Origin: an uncultured Acidobacteriota bacterium
GTDB taxonomy: Bacteria; Acidobacteriota; Thermoanaerobaculia; UBA5066; DATFVB01
Direction of reading: 5' to 3'
DNA length: 64,000 nt
Assembly: GCA_963813155.1 (NCBI GenBank)
Contig: CAWEYG010000001.1
Location: 192,001-256,000 of the forward strand
Below the pieces are notes generated by a model. It ran no database searches. It worked only from the letters and a program-made list of their open reading frames with translations, and had not been told where the DNA came from. Position numbers and translations under genes: made by a program. This document shows, piece after piece, positions 38,401 through 48,036 of this stretch. How positions within the stretch are numbered: position 1 is the stretch's first letter; every line of letters starts with the position of its first letter.

Positions 38401-40105
38401 GACCCAGTCGCAGCTCACCGGCGAGCCCTGCGAAACGGTCGCGTCGAGCGACTGGCCGGTGAAGAGGTTGACGACTCCGGACGTGAAGTTCTTCACTTTC
38501 GTCAGGGGCTTCGTCAACGAAATCGGCTGGCTCCCGACGTTCGCCGAGACACCGTACGTGTTCTCTGATTGATTCGCGATCGTCTCGGACGTGTCGGGCG
38601 AGCTCGCGTTGTAACAGCCGCTTCCCGTCGTGATATCGCCGCTCGAGGACTTGCACGGCAGGATCGCGTTGAACGTGCCATTCACGAGAGTCTGGTCTTT
38701 CCCGCTGCTCGAGAACGTGCCCGTGAAGTCCATGTCCCAGAAATATCCGGTAATCGGGGGGGTCGTCGGCACCGAAGCGTCAGTGATATTGAACATGTCG
38801 CCGACATAGTTTGTCGGATCAGCCCCAACGTGCTTCGAGATATTTTGCACGCCAAGACCCGCAGTCGGAGGAGAGGTCTGTGCCGCCTGAAGGCACGAAA
38901 CGTTGATCGTGTCGGTCTGAGGAGGATTGGGTTGTTCGTCGAATCGGGACCGATCAAGCGATAGAGATAGGCGTTATTTCCCTGGATGTAGGCTTCAAAC
39001 AGCCCTTGTTCACTCGCAGCCTGAGGGACATTGATCTTCGCGGGCGTGCCACCCGAAGCGATCGATCCGACCCCAATAAGGTCGTAACCGAGGATCGCGA
39101 GCGACGAGGTGTTGATCGCCGAACCAACCAGCACCAAAGAGGAGCCGCTTCCTCGGACGATGATGTTCGTGTAGGCCCTGTAGACGCCACTGGAGATCAC
39201 ATCCGAGGGGACGTCCACCAGATGGGTAATCGAGCTGAGGGCCGGGTCGAATTTCATCACCTCGATTTTTGTCGGATATTCATTGAGAAAAATCCAGTAG
39301 ACGCCTCCTTGATAGCTGACGTCGAGTGATTTGAGGCTCGAAGGAGCATAAGAGCCAACGTCGGTAATCGTTCCGTTGCTCGACACCTGGCCGATCTTCA
39401 GCGACTGCGGGTTCCTCCCCACGCTGGCAAAGAGATAGGTCGAGCCTGACTGCCCATCAGAAACCAGGTTTTTCGCGAGCGGCCAGGTATTTGCCTGAAA
39501 CCCGGGTAGTGTCGTCGAAACGCCTCCGTCCACGGACGTGATGTTGACGCCAAACAGACCGGTCCCGCTCGTGTAGTAGGCATAAGTCGAGCTTCCGGCC
39601 TTCAACACCGTGACGAGCGCGCCTCTCGTGTTGGAGCCCCCGCCAAACGGGTCGAGCTGAGTGCCAAAGGCGATGTTGCCGCTCGTCGCCACCTTCAGGG
39701 CCTGGCCCGGCTCCGCGCCGGCAACTGTATTGAAACAGACCGCGATCCGGCCGCCGGAGCTATCGAAGTACCCGGCCCGTCAACGCCCTGGTAATCCGCC
39801 AGAAGCGGAAGCGGCCCCCCGTCGTTGCTGTCCAGCGGAACAAACGTCAACGAAGGCGTCGCGGGTGAGCTTGAAACGTCGAGCCGGGTGATTCCAGCGA
39901 GGTTCGTGACGATCGACCCATTGCCCGACCCCGCTTCCTTCTCGATGCCCGATGTCAGATAGGCCTTACTCGGAAAGTGCTGAATCGAAGTGCTCGTGAT
40001 CGTTCCACAGGACTGCGCCAGGAGCGGCGGCGAGAAACCGGCGGCGCCCAAAACGACCCCGACGACGACCAGGGCTGTGAGGAAAGATCGGGACAGAAAA
40101 CGCAT
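35474..40105 (-). CDS. Large secreted PKD-domain surface protein (~1500 aa; several frameshifts)
   Basis: Signal peptide MRFLSRSFLTALVVVG; S/T/G/N-rich; PKD motifs WDFGDGS...HTFS and WAFGDGS...HAYSGPGTF; poly-Pro linkers; reconstructed from ORFs 39695..40237, 38682..39692, 37162..38850 and 35474..38656. Confidence 0.78.
37624..37682 (-). repeat. 9-bp tandem repeat (CCGCCGCCT)n encoding about 19 consecutive prolines
   Basis: Plus strand ggcggaggc repeated about 5 times; translation APPPPPPPPPPPPPPPPPPPGG. Confidence 0.9.
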
Positions 40106-40208
40106 GGAATACTCCCCTTGAGTTTGGATGCGAGTTTTTCCCGGTGGCAGAAGGAGAACTTCCCTTTCAGGGCTCAACGGAACCTTTCCTTCTCGCATCG
40201 GCCCGGAC

Positions 40209-40242
40209 AAAAAAGGGGTGGGTGGGAAGTTCCCCACCCACC
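40209..40242 (-). terminator. Rho-independent terminator after the S-layer-like gene
   Basis: Minus strand GGTGGGTGGG-GAACTT-CCCACCCACC then CCTTTTTT. Confidence 0.85.
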
Positions 40243-40255
40243 GAGACCGAAGAGC

Positions 40256-41815
40256 TTAGTTCGTGGCCCAGTCCAACCGGCCAGGGGTAACGCAATGAGA
40301 AGTCAGACTCCGTGGGGTCGTCAAGATCAGTGAGACCCTCCGGGTGGCAGGTGCTCGGATCGAGCTGAGCGCCCGGAATGCTCGCGTTGACGAACGCGAC
40401 GCCCGAGGACATTTCGTAGTCGACCCACGCCTGGTCGAAGATCCTGATCGTCCGGGCAACGATTGGTCTCTGCCGAGGAAGTTCAGATACGCCCATCCGT
40501 TCGTCGAAGAGCGCCGATCGTGTCCACGCCGGTGCGCTGCGTCTCGTAGGGGAAGTTCAGCGAGGTCCTCGGGCAGGGAGACGGGCAGCCGTTGATCTGC
40601 TGCGTTCCTTCGTCCGAGTCGAACAATACCGTCGCCAGGATCGTGGGCTTCCGTCGCGGGATGCAGGAGTGCCCCGTGAGATCCGACAGGTCTCCGCAGA
40701 GGCGCGCCACACGCGCAGGTTCGAGGAGCGTCGCCGCTGTTCAGGTAGCGGGCTCCGTAACGAACGCCGAGCGGCTCACGCTGATCGCCGAGGTCGCGGT
40801 GACAAACGGGAACACCGCCGCCATGTAACGGCTACCGAGTCGCGTCGTCCGTTGTTGATCGTACCGGGGTCTCCAGTCGGCGACAGTCGTGTTCCCATTG
40901 GTCGTTTTCGACCAGTAGCGGGCATAGAACGTCCGAACCGGAATCCATCTGAGTCGTTGAACGGCTGGTTACCAAATCGGAACGGTAGCTCCGCGCTCGT
41001 CGCCGCCGTGTCGAGCGCCGCTTCGATCTGGACCGTCGAGGCGCCGAGCGTCGGGATGCCGCTGTTCGTCACGATGATGTAGTCGCCGAACAGGTTGTTC
41101 TCCCAGCCGGCCGCGTCGAACTCCCAGTAGGACGGCGGTGGAGGGATCGGAAAGTCGACAGAAGTTCGCCATGTCGATCGTGACATAGCCCGAGAGGTTT
41201 CCGTTGCCGGCAACCGAGCTGCCCGTGATGATCGCCTGTCTCATCGCCGTCGCCGTCGCAATCCCAGTTGGAATCGTAGTCCAGCGCGTCCGCCAGGTCG
41301 GCCGCAAAGTCCGGCCCGAACGCCGGGCGAGCTGTACTGGGTCGATCGCCTGTCGATTGTCCTGCCCCGTCGGGGGATCGTCGGACGGAAACGCAGGAAT
41401 CCTTCGCGTTCGGATACACTGTCACTCCCGCGCCGCGCTGGCAGACGTCCACGCCCTGAAGGAACCGTTGTCCGGCGTGCTCGGGATGTTCCCGTCAGCA
41501 CGTCTTCCATCGAGAAGCCGACGATGTCGAAGCCGGTCAGCGCGATGTTGAAGTCGAGAAGTGGACAGAACGGCGGTTCCACATCACGACGTGAGCCAGC
41601 GTCGGCGCGCTCGAAGCATTGACGACCGTGATCAGCGTGTCGGTTCGCGTGGAGCTCGTGTCCACCGAACCGTCGGCATTGAGATGCACCTGGAAATAGG
41701 GAACCAGGAGCGTCGCAGCCGGCCGCTGGTCGATCGTGCAGGTCACGGCCATCGCGGAGGACGCCACAGCGACCAACGCGACGACCACCAGCAGATAGGT
41801 CAACGTCTTTTTCAT
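40256..41815 (-). CDS. Secreted hypothetical protein, S-layer/major surface protein candidate (multiple frameshifts; 3' end approximate)
   Basis: Signal peptide MKKTLTYLLVVVALVAVASSAMA; CTIDQRPAATLLVPYF, DFNIALTGFD, GYVTID, NNLFGDY, VQIEA, QAWV fragments across frames; own promoter and terminator. Confidence 0.65.
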
Positions 41816-41981
41816 TAAGATCTCCTCATTTAGTTTCTTTACAATTTCCGAGAACATTCCCTGGAAAAAGTCGAGATCCCGCCTGCGATGCCATCACCTC
41901 CTAGAGTTTCGTTCCAAGCAATTCCAAAAAATCCCAAAACCTCGTTCCGATGTTCTTTTGCCCTCATGGGCCTGCGGACGG

Positions 41982-42011
41982 ATCATGCGCGACTCGCCAG
42001 CGGGATGTCAA
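41982..42011 (-). promoter_or_regulatory. sigma70 promoter with AT-rich upstream element for the S-layer-like gene
   Basis: TTGACA-N18-CATGAT, preceded by an A/T tract; gives a 5'UTR of about 160 nt. Confidence 0.7.
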
Positions 42012-42072
42012 GGGGAAAATGACAAAAATATGCTTTTTGAGCATGGAACCCAGGGCCCCCCGGTGAGGCCCC

Positions 42073-43719
42073 TCATTTACCCTGGTTCAGAAATATCTCG
42101 AATCCTCCCCGATCCTCTTTCCGGTCGTCGTACGTCGTTTCGGCCAAAATGACATCCAGCTTGCCATCGCCGTTCAAATCGGCGAGTCGGACGTCGGCAA
42201 CGGCCGAGCGGAGCTCCGGCTCGAGCTTCTCGGGGGATTCGACGAACTTTCCCTCGGGCGTCTGGTAGAAAATTCGCAGCCTCTTCGCAATGAAATCGGG
42301 AAAGACCACGTCGTCGAGCCCGTCGCCGTCGATATCCCCCATGGCGACCGACACCAGATGGCTCGACTTGTAGTCCTTTTCGCGCCAGACGGGGACCTTG
42401 CTCCAGATCCCGTTCCGGTCGACATAGACAGTCACGCCGGCCGCCAACAGCGGGCTCCCGATCTCGCGCCGATAGAACACATCCGCGAACGCCGGAAATT
42501 TCTCCTTACCGAAACGCCCCGATGCCAGCCCGAGGTGATAAGCGCTCAATTCCTCATCCTCGAAGGAGAAGCCCGTGAAAGTTCCCTTCCCGTTATTTCG
42601 CCAGACAAGGTCCATCGCGCCGAGATTGATCGCTCCCATCACGAGGCTCGGCGCAGGGTCTCCGTCGAGCGAGATCGCCGCGACGTGGTTCGACGGGTAG
42701 CCACCCCCGCCGACGAACGCGGACTGTTCGTACTCCCATCCTTCCGGAAGATGGTTTCGAAACACGCGAACGGGATGCTTGTCGACGTTGCCTCGCTCGG
42801 CCGAATCTCCGGGCGCGTCTCGGGAAACGACGAGATCGATCTTTCCATCGCCGTCCACGTCGAAGGCGGCGATTCCCTGCGAGGAGAACTTCGCGGGAAG
42901 GCCCTTGTCCATTGGAGTGAAATGAAAGTTCTGGCGCTGCAGAAAAACGTGGACTCCGCCGCCGTGCGACGCGATCGCGATGTCGGATTTCCCGTCCCCG
43001 TCGAAATCGGCGACCGCGACGCCGCCGTACCCCGTGTCAGTCTTCACGGGGTTCCCCGATTTGTCGACGAACTCCGGCGTCTGCTCCCGGAAGTTCCCGT
43101 GCCCGTCGCCGAGAAAGAGATAGAACGTCGCTCCGGAGCTGACCCGGTTCGGCGAAGTCACGATATCCGGAAATCCATCGCCGTTGATATCGGCGACCGC
43201 GATGTTTTGCCTCCACTGGCCGCCTTCCGGGAGGCCGGCACCGGCCTTGACGAAGTGGACTCCGCTGTTTCCGCGGGTCGGGACGATCGATTCGAAATCC
43301 TCGGGCTTCAGCGCGGGTCCGCTTTCCTCCGGCGGTTTGGCCGCAACCTTTTCCTTCTGCTTCTCGTCCCGTTCCTTCCGCGCCGCATCGATCTCTTCTG
43401 GCGACCACTTCTCCGTCCGAATGTAGTAATAGGTATCGTCTTCGCGATAGATGGGAAGCGACGCCTTCTCGCCGAGCCGTACAGGACGGACACGGTTTGC
43501 GCCGATCCGGATCATCTCGGATTTCTTGTACCGCCGGATGTAGTAGGAGTCGGTCTCTTCCACCACGTCCGGGTCAGTCTTGGATTTCGGCTGGACGTAG
43601 TGGAACCCGACCGGGACTGCCGGGGCATCCTGCTTCGGGGAGGAGGAACAGGCGCCGATCAGGAGGACGGCGCCGGAAATCACGACTGCCCAGGGAAACC
43701 GCCAGAATCGAACCTTCAT
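42073..43719 (-). CDS. FG-GAP/VCBS repeat lipoprotein (beta-propeller)
   Basis: Lipobox IGAC; repeats ADINGDGFPDI, ADFDGDGKSDI, DVDGDGKIDL, GDIDGDGLDDV, ADLNGDGKLDV. Confidence 0.9.
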   Translation of the reverse strand: MKVRFWRFPWAVVISGAVLLIGACSSSPKQDAPAVPVGFHYVQPKSKTDPDVVEETDSYYIRRYKKSEMIRIGANRVRPVRLGEKASLPIYREDDTYYYIRTEKWSPEEIDAARKERDEKQKEKVAAKPPEESGPALKPEDFESIVPTRGNSGVHFVKAGAGLPEGGQWRQNIAVADINGDGFPDIVTSPNRVSSGATFYLFLGDGHGNFREQTPEFVDKSGNPVKTDTGYGGVAVADFDGDGKSDIAIASHGGGVHVFLQRQNFHFTPMDKGLPAKFSSQGIAAFDVDGDGKIDLVVSRDAPGDSAERGNVDKHPVRVFRNHLPEGWEYEQSAFVGGGGYPSNHVAAISLDGDPAPSLVMGAINLGAMDLVWRNNGKGTFTGFSFEDEELSAYHLGLASGRFGKEKFPAFADVFYRREIGSPLLAAGVTVYVDRNGIWSKVPVWREKDYKSSHLVSVAMGDIDGDGLDDVVFPDFIAKRLRIFYQTPEGKFVESPEKLEPELRSAVADVRLADLNGDGKLDVILAETTYDDRKEDRGGFEIFLNQGK

Positions 43720-43754
43720 GAAAACTCCTTGTTCGGCCGTTCGGCCAGAATCTG

Positions 43755-44564
43755 TCACAACAAATCGGCGAAATGCGGCTCCGTCTTCGTAAAGAGAAAC
43801 GAGCCGAGCGTCGCCGCGGAAATCGCGAAGAGCGCAAGATACGCGAGAGAGCCGGCGCCCGGCAAGCGGTGCCGAAAGAACGCGTCGCGAAACGCTTCGA
43901 TCAGCTGAGCGAAGGGATTGATCTGAACGACCCACCGAAGCCGCCTCGGGACCAGGCTGGCCGAGTAGAAGATCGGGGTCAGAAACGACAGCATTCCGAG
44001 GCCGAGAGCCACGACCTGCGAGGTGTCCCGCAGGAAGACGTGCAGGCCGGCCAGGAAGCACCCGAGCCCGTAGGTCATGACGACTTGCACGAGGAGCAGC
44101 AGGGCGACGACCGGAATCCATTTCAGCGACAGGTGCCCTCTCCACGCCAGGTAACCGCAATAAAGAGCGAAACCGATCATTTCGTTGAAAACGGCGGAGA
44201 GCACGACGGTCGCGACGAGCGACTCCTTGAGAAAAACCGTCTTCTTCACCATCGAGGCGTTGTCGGAGAGGCAGGTCGACGCGCGGGAGATTCCTTCTTG
44301 CACCGCGAGCCAGGGGAGAAACCCCGCCAGAAGGTATTCCGGAAAATTCACGCCCGGAGGCTCTCCGGAGAGAGGGATTTTCAGGACCACGGAAAACACG
44401 AAAGAGTAGATGAGAACCCAGGCGAGCGGCACGAAGAACGCCCACGCCGGCCCGAACGTCGAGCCGACATACCGGGATTTCAAATCACGATTAACGAGCT
44501 CCGAAAGGAGGTAAACAGATTGAAGTTTTCTGCCTCGAAACGTACCTGACGTCTTGACTTTCAC
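43755..44564 (-). CDS. wzm: Polysaccharide ABC exporter permease
   Basis: RDLKSRYVGSTFG, GFLPW, VKKTVF, FLRD, TPIFY, INPF, FADLL. Confidence 0.92.
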   Translation of the reverse strand: MKVKTSGTFRGRKLQSVYLLSELVNRDLKSRYVGSTFGPAWAFFVPLAWVLIYSFVFSVVLKIPLSGEPPGVNFPEYLLAGFLPWLAVQEGISRASTCLSDNASMVKKTVFLKESLVATVVLSAVFNEMIGFALYCGYLAWRGHLSLKWIPVVALLLLVQVVMTYGLGCFLAGLHVFLRDTSQVVALGLGMLSFLTPIFYSASLVPRRLRWVVQINPFAQLIEAFRDAFFRHRLPGAGSLAYLALFAISAATLGSFLFTKTEPHFADLL

Positions 44565-44602
44565 GGAGGCGGGATTATATTAGGCGAGAGATTATGGCGC
44601 AA
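44554..44602. promoter_or_regulatory. Overlapping divergent sigma70 promoters for wzm and the XRE gene
   Basis: Plus: TTGACT-N16-TATATT (44554-44581); minus: TTGCGC-N17-TATAAT (44602-44574). Confidence 0.6.
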
Positions 44603-44962
44603 CAGCATTTTTCGAGTAACCGTCCGAACCTGGTTGGGGCGAGGATTCGCGCCCTCCGCAAGGGACGCAATCTCACCCAAACCGAGCTGTCCGAAAGAAT
44701 CGGCGTTCTCCAATCGGATCTGTCGCGAATGGAGAAAGGCGAATACAAGGTCGGGCTCGACACCCTTTTCAAGATCCTTGCCGTTTTCGACCTCGACATG
44801 GCGTCGTTCTTCGACGAGGGAGACCCGCCGTCGCCCGGCGACGAAGACGCCTTGGCATGGCAGGAGTTTCTCTCGCTCGACGAGGAATCGCGCCGGGAGG
44901 TCAGGGACTTCATCCGGTTCAAAAAGGCGCAGCAGGAAGCGCCGATCAAGACCGAGAGCTGA
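44594..44962 (+). CDS. XRE-family HTH transcriptional regulator
   Basis: VGARIRALRKGRNLTQTELSERIGVLQSDLSRMEKG. Confidence 0.92.
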   Translation: MAQQHFSSNRPNLVGARIRALRKGRNLTQTELSERIGVLQSDLSRMEKGEYKVGLDTLFKILAVFDLDMASFFDEGDPPSPGDEDALAWQEFLSLDEESRREVRDFIRFKKAQQEAPIKTES

Positions 44963-45031
44963 AGACACGGAAAAATCGGGAAAATGAATTGATTTCGGAG
45001 CCAGGAGTGCTACAGTCAAACTGAACGATCC

Positions 45032-45931
45032 ATGAGCGAACGCAGCAAGCACCTCGAATTCCTTCGCCGGACGGCGAGGGAAGCTCTGTGGCAGGGCGAT
45101 TCCGATCGTGCGCTGCTCCTGCTCGACGAAGGGCTCGCGCTTTCCCGAGCGTGGAAGCAAAAAGAAAGCGAAGACATTTTCCTCTGCAATCGCGTCGCGA
45201 CGCTCGTCGAGATGGAGCGCAACGACTTCGACCTCTCGTCTCTCAAAGAGGTGATGCTCCGCCACCCCTACGGCAAGCTCGGCGCGTTCGCCGCCTACAC
45301 GGCGGCCTGCGCGCATGAGCTCCGGCGCGAATTCCCGAAGGCGAGAACGTACGCGCAGATGGCGATCGGCCGGTGCGAAGATCCGGCGGATTTCCTTCGC
45401 GGCGTCTCGTTCAGTCTTCTCGGCGACCTGAGCCTTTCGGAGAGCGACTTCGACGGCGCCATGCCTCTCTGCTCCGAAGCGATCTCGATCTTTCAGGAGT
45501 GCGGGCAGGACGCGAGCCGCGACATCGCGGTGGCGGAAGACAACATCGGCTACATCCACATCTCGCGCGACGAAGTCTCCGTCGGGCTCCCGATGGTCGA
45601 ACGCGCGCTGAGCCAGTTCGAGGTGCTCGGCGCGCGGGCGCGCATGGCATACCCGTATCTCGATCTGTGCCTCGGGCACCTCAAGACCGAGAACTTCTTC
45701 GAAGCTGAACGGTGCGGCGTTCGCGCGCTCGCGCTCGGTCAGGAGCTGCGCCAGCAGCGCGTCGTCAAGAATTCGCACTACCTGCTCGGGGAAATCTACT
45801 CGGAGATCGGCCGCCGCGACGACGCAGAGCTGCACTTTGAAGCGCTTGCGGACTTTTACCCCGAGTTCCCGGCCCTCAAGAATTTTCTCCACCAGGTCAA
45901 TGTAGTCGGGATGATCAACCTGCGCGCATGA
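45032..45931 (+). CDS. Cytoplasmic TPR-like helical repeat protein
   Basis: TPR-like helices (SLLGDL, EDNIGY, YLDLCLG, SHYLLGEIY); no signal peptide. Confidence 0.75.
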   Translation: MSERSKHLEFLRRTAREALWQGDSDRALLLLDEGLALSRAWKQKESEDIFLCNRVATLVEMERNDFDLSSLKEVMLRHPYGKLGAFAAYTAACAHELRREFPKARTYAQMAIGRCEDPADFLRGVSFSLLGDLSLSESDFDGAMPLCSEAISIFQECGQDASRDIAVAEDNIGYIHISRDEVSVGLPMVERALSQFEVLGARARMAYPYLDLCLGHLKTENFFEAERCGVRALALGQELRQQRVVKNSHYLLGEIYSEIGRRDDAELHFEALADFYPEFPALKNFLHQVNVVGMINLRA

Positions 45932-47014
45932 AGAGCTTCGCGAGAGTCCGCCGCTTTTTGCGTATCCTGGTTCCGGCGGTGGTGGCGGCGGCGTTCGCCT
46001 TCTCTGCTGCAGCGGAAGAGAAGTCTCTTCTCACGCCTGACGGCGTCCTGTACCACGTGCAAGCTGGGCGTCTACAGCTCTTTCGAGCCGTCGGGGACCG
46101 CCGCCGCGCCGAGCGACTACGTGATTCACTGGAACTCCCAGTCCCAATCGGGGGAGACCTGGCCTCGGGAATCATTCCGGGAACCGACAACGCCGGATCG
46201 TGAAGGATCAGTTCGACATCGCGTACGACTGCGCTCTCCCAGTCCCTTTTCCTGGTCTGGAACGACCGGGTGTCGATGATCAACTCCGTGCAGTTCGCCG
46301 TTTACCAGAAGGGAATCTGGACGCAATCGCAGCTCCTCCCGTCGGGAGTCTTCAGCTTCGCGAATCGTCCTCAGATCGTGATCACGCACCAGACCGTGCA
46401 GGATCTCGATTCTGAGGGCGCGGAAGTCGACACCGCCCGTTCCGTCATCTCCGTCATCTGGTGGGAGGCTTCCGGTCGAAGCCGCACGCACGCTTTGCGC
46501 CGATTTTCCTCGAAAACGGGAGCATCGATCTGGCTCGACGATCCAGATCTACGACCTGCCGGAGCTCGTCGGAAGCAACAGCGTCGTCGTCTCCACGATC
46601 CTGCAGAATCCACTGTACAAGAACCCGGCCATTCAGCAGGACGGCTTTTCCGCGGGAATCGTCGCGGCCTTCGGAGACGCCGCGAGCGGCAATCTTCAGG
46701 TCGTTCGAATCGGCTTTCCGTCCGATTTCCGGGGCAAGCCAGACCCGCTCGGAGGCCGCCACTCGATCGTGATCCTCGGGCCAGAATTCCCGTCCGATGC
46801 CCTCGGCTCGGTTCCGGCTTCGCCGACGCGCCTCGGCGCGATCGTCGGCGGCGGGTACCGGCCCACCGTCTACTGGCAGCCGGACGACGGCAGCGTGAGC
46901 TACAGCGTCGCCGCGAACGGTTCGTGGAGCGATGTTCGGTCCGTTGCGCTGACCCCTTCCCTCGGCGTCGACGCCGCGCTGGTTCTCATCAGCCAGATGG
47001 CCACCCAGAACTGA
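45928..47014 (+). CDS. Secreted hypothetical protein (several frameshifts)
   Basis: Signal peptide MKSFARVRRFLRILVPAVVAAAFAFSAAA; coding-like fragments in ORFs 45928, 46200, 46270 and 46769. Confidence 0.6.
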
Positions 47015-47022
47015 CGCCGGCT

Positions 47023-48025
47023 TCAGTCGAGCGAGACGGGCAGGTTCGCCCGCGGATCCCCGTCGTACAACGAATCGAAAAGCGCCGCCGCTTCCCGCCC
47101 CGCGGGTGAGGTCTTCCGCGGAACGACGATTCGGACGGTGTAGACGTGGTCCCCGGTCGTGCCCGAGCGGGGATCGTGGACCCCTTTTCCGCGGAGCCGG
47201 AACTTCTGTCCTCCCTGCGTGCCGGCGGGAACTTTCGCGCGAATCGGCCCGTGAATCGTCGGAACGGTGATGTCGGCCCCCGAGTACGCCTCGCGAATCG
47301 TGATCGGGAGGGTCGCGTGGATATCGCCGTTGCGGCGTTCGAAGTAGGGGTGCGGAGAAACGCGAATCGTGACGTAGAGGTCCCCGGAGGAACCGTCGGC
47401 TCCCATGTCGCCCTTACCGGGAATCCGGATCGCGCCGCCGTCGTGAATTCCCGCCGGAATATTGACCTTCAGCTTCTCCAGGGAAGCGACTCTCCCCTGC
47501 CCGTGGCAGGTCGGACAGGGAACCTTCCCCTTCTGGCCCCGCCCCTGGCAGGTCGGGCAAACGACGCGCCGTGTCGTCTGCAGCTGGAGAGTGCCTCCGA
47601 ACAGCGCGACCCGAAAAGGAATCTCCATCGAAGCGCGCGCATCGGCAGCCATCGGCCCCGGCGCCGCGAAATGCGCCTTCGGCGCCACCGCCCCGGAACA
47701 GGTCCCCGAACAGGCTCGCGAAGTCGGGGTAGCCGGAGCTTCCCGCGGAGCGCGAAAAATCCCCGAAGTCGAACGACGCGCCCTCCGGGCCTTCCTCCGG
47801 TCGCGGACCCGCGTGCCCGAAGCGGTCGTACGCCTTTCGCTTCTCCGCGTCCTGAAGCACTTCGTAGGCCTCCTGGACCTCCTGAAATTTCTTCTGCGCG
47901 GTCGCGTCGCCCGGGTTGACGTCGGGGTGCAGTTTCCTCGCGAGCTTTCGGTAGGCCTTCTTGATTTCGGCTTCCGGCGCGCTGCGGGCGACGCCCAGAA
48001 CGTCGTAGTAATCCCTCTTCGCCAT
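47023..48025 (-). CDS. DnaJ-class chaperone with short Zn finger (frameshift near 47680)
   Basis: J domain DYYDVLGV...HPDVNPGD; two CPTCxGxG; DnaJ_C (GDLYV, VPTIHG, FRLRGKG). Confidence 0.88.
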
Positions 48026-48036
48026 CGAAAATCGGA

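Noticed and set aside
41882-41902. 16S rRNA gene fragment
   Set aside because: Similarity is limited to 16 of 21 nt and the flanks are not rRNA-like; treated as a regulatory element instead.
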